This document shows, one piece after another, positions 57,741-64,000 of a DNA stretch of 64,000 bases. Numbering within the stretch: the stretch's first letter is position 1; every line of letters begins with the position of its first letter. The notes below the pieces were generated by a model. It ran no database searches, was not told the DNA's origin, and saw only the letters and a program-made list of their open reading frames with translations. Position numbers and translations under genes: made by a program. This DNA comes from the human T2T-CHM13v2.0 reference genome, Homo sapiens, in the NCBI RefSeq assembly GCF_009914755.1, contig NC_060935.1; one strand, given 5' to 3'.

Positions 57741-59856
57741 ACCCTAAACCACAATAAGCAAAATAATAACAGATATATTTAACTAAAAACTTTGGAAGTG
57801 GTTTGGGAGGAACACAGAAGAAGTCTTGTTTCAGACTCTTGCTTATAGAAGTGAACAGAAAGAAAAGAAAGAAAACAAGTTCCCTTACTCTGCCAGATGC
57901 TCCTGCACAGTTTTGCACATCGGTGTCAACACTCAACCAAAGAATCGCAGTGGCTACCAGATTCCAACTGCTAAACAGCACAAGGGAGTATAGCCTGGAG
58001 TTTTCCAGAAATACTTGCAAAGGCTTTGTAGAAAGTGGGAGGCTCTGTGCCAGCAGATTGACAGATACCAATGACACTTAAGCTACCCCAGATACTGTAA
58101 CCCTACTTGTATCCATGAGTCAATGGTCTGGGCATGCCCTGGTTCTGTGGACACCCTCTTGATTCGCTAGTGTTTCTCTCCTGGGTGAGTGCTCTAAGAG
58201 AATACATGCTGAGTGGATCCTTTCATTCGCACCCTCATGTCTTACTGTTTTCTGCCCTAATCAGAAGGGCTGTTTAATAAATACATTTTGAATTACTTAA
58301 ATTGAAAAAACAAAGTTCAAGTTTATAACTATGAAGTGTTCATAACAAGATAGTATGGGGTCCCTGTTTGATCTTTGAAAAAGCTGTCATGGAATAACTG
58401 TCATTTATCATTTGTTCCCAAAATAATTTTATGTAGTTTGGAAATGGCACAAGCCAATTTGCAATGGATGAGGAGTTTGAAACTAATGTTCGTCTTTCAG
58501 CCTTTTATTAAGTTGCTTAAAAACCATTCTAATTCCCCACCCCCAACCCCCAAAAAAATCTTTTTTAAAATACTGCTTTCTTCTCTTCAAAACTGAGAGA
58601 AATGGTGAAATCACTGGATCTTCTGGAAAGTGGCAAAAGCCAAGTGCTGCGCCTTTCAGACTTGGAGGAAATGGAAGTAACAATTCATTTTGGACAGGAC
58701 TTGGTGCCGAAACATTTTTGCTCTTGCTAAGTTCTCTCTGATGTATGACTTGATTTTGGCTAGGAAAGTAGTCAAGTGCAGGGAGGAGCTTTACCCTGAT
58801 GATGAAATTTTGAATGCTACCTTCCTGCCATTCACCCAACAAAAACTTTCCATGTTCCCACTACGTGCAGCCACCATGACCTTTGTACTGTGAATGCAGC
58901 AGTGCATGATGCTGACCTGGTCTGGTTCCTATCCTCGTGGAGTTTGCCATCTTATAGACTGTAAGTAAGCCAGTTGATCTCTCTAAAGCTGAACTTTCAT
59001 TTCCCCAGGAAACGAGTATAACCCTACTTTTTGAGACTGCTTAAAGGACCTAGCACAATCCATGTCCCACTATACGTGAACTCTGTTTCAATCTTCCTTT
59101 CCCATGCATTCCTCCACGCCTTTGGCCCTATGTCTGGAAACCTGTTCTTTCCTCTCCAGTACACTAGGTCCTGGTTTGCCTCCATGCTGGGTGCATTTCA
59201 GGCACCCAGGCCCTGATTTTAAATCCATCCCTGGGCCTACATTTCTCCTGATCTCAGTTTCTCCCTGTCACCTGCCTCCCCTCAGTTGCCCACTGTGTTC
59301 ACATGTTCCCCTTTTTCTGACTCACTGTGGGCTCCCAGCTTTAGTTTCTGACAAGCCCCAGTGGCTCTTGCCACCTTGGACCCACACTGTCCCTGGATCC
59401 CTCCCTCAATCAGCAGTCTGGACATGAGGGCTGCCATGTTTTTCATCCTCCTCCTTTTGTTGGATGCTGGAATATCTTGAGCCTCAGGTGTCTAACTCTT
59501 ATGCTTGAGTCTCAGAGGGATCTTAATTCTTCAAGGTGCTTGACTCTAAAATTTTCAGCCCATGGAAGCAAGAAGCACCTGTAGCTATAAGTATTCAGTC
59601 CTGAATCATGAGTGATGAGAATCCTAGGAAAAAGTTAAGTGGTTAGTTAGGAAAACCACAGAGTAGCATTGAGGCTCAATGAAACTATTCGGATCTGTGA
59701 AATTGCCCAGAAAATTTGAGAGCATAAAGAATTCCAGACCAAATGTGTGGTGTTTAATGTCCTATAGCCAGGGCAGGATCTCAAAGTCCACAACATACTT
59801 TATGAGAAAGAGAGAGAGATGCGGTCTCTGCATTAACTTATAAGGGCGGGGTGTGA

Positions 59857-60218
<362 letters not shown>

Positions 60219-60458
60219 AACAAACTTTTACTCACTTTCTACTCTACTTGCTGTGGCCTAAGCAGGTCTAGTCTTGATCCTCAGAGAGCTTAAATCTCAG
60301 TTATAGAAACAGATACTACCCATGTAAACAAAAACGTACACAAGATCGTATCAGTAAGTATGGTAATGCAATGGGACCAGGAGGTGCTATTTTAACTAGG
60401 GTGGACGAGTAAGCATTGCTTACTTATTTCCTACCAGGTGCCTAGCATTCGTCTAGAG

Positions 60459-60586
60459 GAGGGTTTCTCAACCTCAACATCATCGACATTTTGGGCTGGA
60501 CAATTCATTGTTGCCAGGGCTATCCTGTGCATTGTGGAATACTTATCTATATCCAAGATGCCAAAAAAATTGACAAATGTCCCCTG
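60459..60586. mobile_element. Partial MER20
   Basis: gggtttctcaacctcaacatcatcgacattttgggctggacaattc..ctatcctgtgcattgtgga. Confidence 0.8.
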
Positions 60587-60616
60587 AATGCTGTGGATGC
60601 TAGAGGATTTAGGGCT

Positions 60617-60910
60617 TTTGTTTGTTTGTTTTTGTGAAAGAGTCTCACTTCGTCTCACAGGCTGGAGTGCATTGGCGTGATCTCAGCTTATGCAACCACC
60701 GCTTCCTGGGTTCAAGTGATTCTCCTGCCTCAGCCTTCCGAGTAGCTGGGATGACAGGGATGCCCCACCATGCCTGGCTAATTTTTGTATTTGTAGTGGA
60801 GGCGGGGTTTCACCATGCTGGCCAGGCTGGTCTCTCCTGACCTCAGGTGATCCACCCACCTTGGCCTCCCAAAGTGCTTGGATTACAGGTGTAAGCCACT
60901 ATGCCCAACC
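60617..60910 (-). mobile_element. AluS
   Basis: Full dimer with a (TTTG)n tail. Confidence 0.93.
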
Positions 60911-61139
60911 TGAGGCTATCTTTTTTTTTCTTTATGTCATTCCAAACATGAAACACCAAATGCAGAATGATAATGTCCTTTTGTTTCAATCATCATAATA
61001 ATGAAATTCCACTGAATCTGCTCTCAGAAGAGAAAAAGCTAAAAAACTAACCTATAATATAGCAGACAGAAGGCAGATTTGGATCCCCACTCTTATTTAT
61101 CAGAAAGAAGGCAGAACAGAATAATTCGATGACAATGGG

Positions 61140-61370
61140 CTTCAGACAAGGGGAGAGAATGACAACTTCCCTCACAAACTGTGTGACTTTTAGTAAGTTC
61201 CTAAGCTTTTATGCTTCTCAGTTTTCTCATTTGTAAATAAGTCTTATAATGTTCACCTCACAGGTCAGAACTGCAGAAACCTTTGCCATGAGACTTAAAT
61301 AATATGACATATGTAAATTACCTGGATCATAGTAGGAGCTCAACACGTAATAGTTTTCGTAATGGCTATT
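61140..61370 (+). mobile_element. MIR
   Basis: ctgtgtgacttttagtaagtt..ctcagttttctcatttgtaaa..cctggatcatagtaggagctcaa. Confidence 0.7.
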
Positions 61371-61729
61371 GTCACTTTGATCAATAACTTGGGGCTTATA
61401 TTTAAATCTGTTCTGTAGTTTGAGTTCAGTCTGAGAGCTATTGGATTTCTGGAATTATTAAAATGAAGTTCTTTAATTGTTTTCATTTAAAATGTAAAGT
61501 TTCTTTTTTTCTCAGCTAGCTTAAAGTCTCCTATAATTGTTAGAACCCAAAACTTGTGGGGAAAGGACTCAATTTTTTCCCACCTCTGTTTATTGTGGGC
61601 ACAAATGGCTTTTTGGAACCTGTGGCTCAGGGAACACTACTGGTTCACATCAGAGGCTGAGCTGGGTGGATTCCAGTGAAGTAAACTGACCTCAGGGAGC
61701 TGTCTGCAACGTTGGACTTTCTGTCTAAG

Positions 61730-61930
61730 CAGAGTGAAGTGAAATGCAAGTATAGCGTTAGGGAGTAGTCCTGGGTTTAGCCCAGAAAGCCCTGGGCTCA
61801 GATCCTGACACTGCTGCTTACTCCCCAGGGGGCACTGTGCAAGTCACTTTACCCCCAGGTCTCAGTGTTCTTGTCAGTAGAATGGGGATGATGATAATGA
61901 GTCTCAGGTCTTGAACTTGATAAAATGCAG
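61730..61930 (+). mobile_element. MIR
   Basis: cctgggctcagatcctgacactgctgcttact..gcaagtcacttt..tctcagtgttcttgtcagtagaatgggga. Confidence 0.7.
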
Positions 61931-64000
61931 TAACTAATATAACAGTGCTCCTGGAATATTTCATACCTTCATTAGCTGTAGTGCCTCTGGGACTTTATTG
62001 TATAAAAATATCTTATAAACCAAAGCATGAGTGAAAGGAAATCATATAGAACACGGAAAATCATCGTCAAACTCTGATGACCTTGGTTCCAGTCTAAGAA
62101 TTCAGTTGACTCTCAAGAAGGGGTCTGGAGGAAGAGAGGTAGCCCAGTTGGCAGAAGAAATATTACATATTTGATAAAAATCACTCCTTACAGAGCCTAT
62201 ATAAAATGTAAAAAAAAAAAAAAAAATTTAAGCTAGAATCCTAGCAATGCCTCGAGTGTCCTTATATATTACCCATCTTTTAAATTTGTAAATGCTTTTA
62301 ACTGTGGAGCTTTTGACCTGCAACACACTTTTACTTGAAACCTCCACGTGTAAATGTGAGACCAAGGCAAAGGATGGGAGGAGCCAATCAGTCAAAGAAA
62401 AGAGGATCCAGGCAATTGGTGGGTTAAGTCAAAGGCTAGGCACAGGCTAATAACTGCTCTGTCCTCACAACTAATTTCTATGTACCAGGCTGCCTCCTAT
62501 GGTCTTAAAATGTGTGATTTTGCATCTCAGGGGGATTAATTCTCACTAAAATACTTTTGCGAGTAGCAAATACTACCATTATCATCTTTGCAGAAGAACA
62601 GTAGATTGGAGAGAGTCTTAAGTGAATTCTTTTTACATGCCTTACTTCACTTCACCATATCTCACTTTGTGTAAGCAGGAGAAAGCCTTCTCAATTTCTT
62701 GAAGTAGCCTCTTCATGTACTAATACCCCTCCCATTCACCAAGGCGCTTGAGCTTTGAGAAAAGGAAAAAAAAAAATCAATAGAACTGCTTTCTCACACC
62801 CATCTCCTCCGTTAACCATCTTTCTCCACTTGAATATTTGTCTATGAGACCCAGAGATGTTTTTCTCAGTAAAGTACCCAGCAATGGTCCCTCAAACAAA
62901 GCCTAAGCATTTGCTAACTCCCATCACACTTCAGGGAAGAGCAAGTATTTCCTCTTCCCTGAATTCTGAATGCTGTTGGAAAATGCTTCCTAAATAAGTG
63001 TGAATAAGATAATTACCTACTTCCATTTTGAAAAAGGCTTTATGGCAGGTAGAGTTAGTCAGACAGAGCTCTCACATTTAATAATAGCTGTGTAAATATT
63101 GTTTCCTCCTGTTTGGACGGAATAACAAATAATTTCCAGTTTTTAGATAAATGCTATCAAGAGGATGTTAATTGGCATGAGAATGTCTTATCATTTACTA
63201 CCCTGATAGTAAACTTTTAAAAATAGCCTATTCAAGCATGAATCATTTCAAGAAGAAAAGAGTCCCCCTAAGGGTGCCATTCTGAATTTGGGGTTTCCGG
63301 AAACTGAGATGTAGGCCAGATACTCACAGACAAGAAGAGATATCACATTTGTGAAGATAATGATACTGTCTGATCCCCGTCTAACTTTCCTCCTTCTCTG
63401 AATCAGGGTGACATCTCTCTGCTGCCTTTCTAATCCTGCCTCAGCAGAGACTGCCAGCTGAGCTGTAATTCAAAGTTGTCCCAGAGGTGAGGGTGGGCTG
63501 CAAACCTGGCTATCCAATTGAAGAATTGTGCAATTTCTTTCTTTGAACTCTTGATTCTTTGTTAAAGGAAGGGGTTTAGAATACTTTTCTGCATCATTCC
63601 CTTGATTCTTTTCCCCTGTAACTCCTGGCTGAATCTATATTTCAGAGCGTCATAATGTCACAGTGAAATCTAATCCACCTCCTCCTGTTAATGACAGGAA
63701 AAGTGAGGCCAATTTCAGGTGTATGTCTTGTACCTGGTCAGACAGTCAGTTAGTGGTGAGAGCAGGAATGAAAGTTGGTCTTGACCTTCTCTGTCCAGTG
63801 CTCCTTTAGCTAGAGTGCATGGCTTCCCTGTGGTCTCTTCATTCTCTGGGATGCTCATAAATAACCTCTCATATTCTCTGGCTTACTACAGAGAAGTGAG
63901 TCTTGCAGTGAGGCTGAGATCCATGGCCATTACCCCTGTACCCCAAAACAAACACTAATGTGAGTAAGTATCCAGCAGACAGTCATAGTGGCTAGTCTAG

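Overview
Primate, most likely human, AT-rich non-coding genomic DNA with no CpG island. It is dominated by interspersed repeats: Alu, L1PA/L1MA/HAL1, MIR, L2, MaLR/ERVL solo LTRs and MER20/MER44 DNA transposons. The only gene-derived sequence I can recognise is a full-length, intronless, multiply disabled processed pseudogene of ORC3 at 4225-6727 (+), bounded by a 13-bp target-site duplication (TSD). I found no intact protein-coding gene, RNA gene or CRISPR-like array. The other ORF-track entries are L1, Alu or LTR translations or chance ORFs. I did not find a convincing novel biological system. The best second-look items are: (i) an Alu arm that appears to have been copied locally together with its neighbour's TSD; (ii) a near full-length HAL1 carrying nested insertions; (iii) three twin-primed (5'-inverted) L1s; (iv) a possible spliced non-coding transcript at about 26.4-27.9 kb; and (v) repeat-free, motif-dense stretches that may be enhancers. 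Repeat subfamily calls come from remembered consensus sequences, and boundaries of the old elements are approximate.
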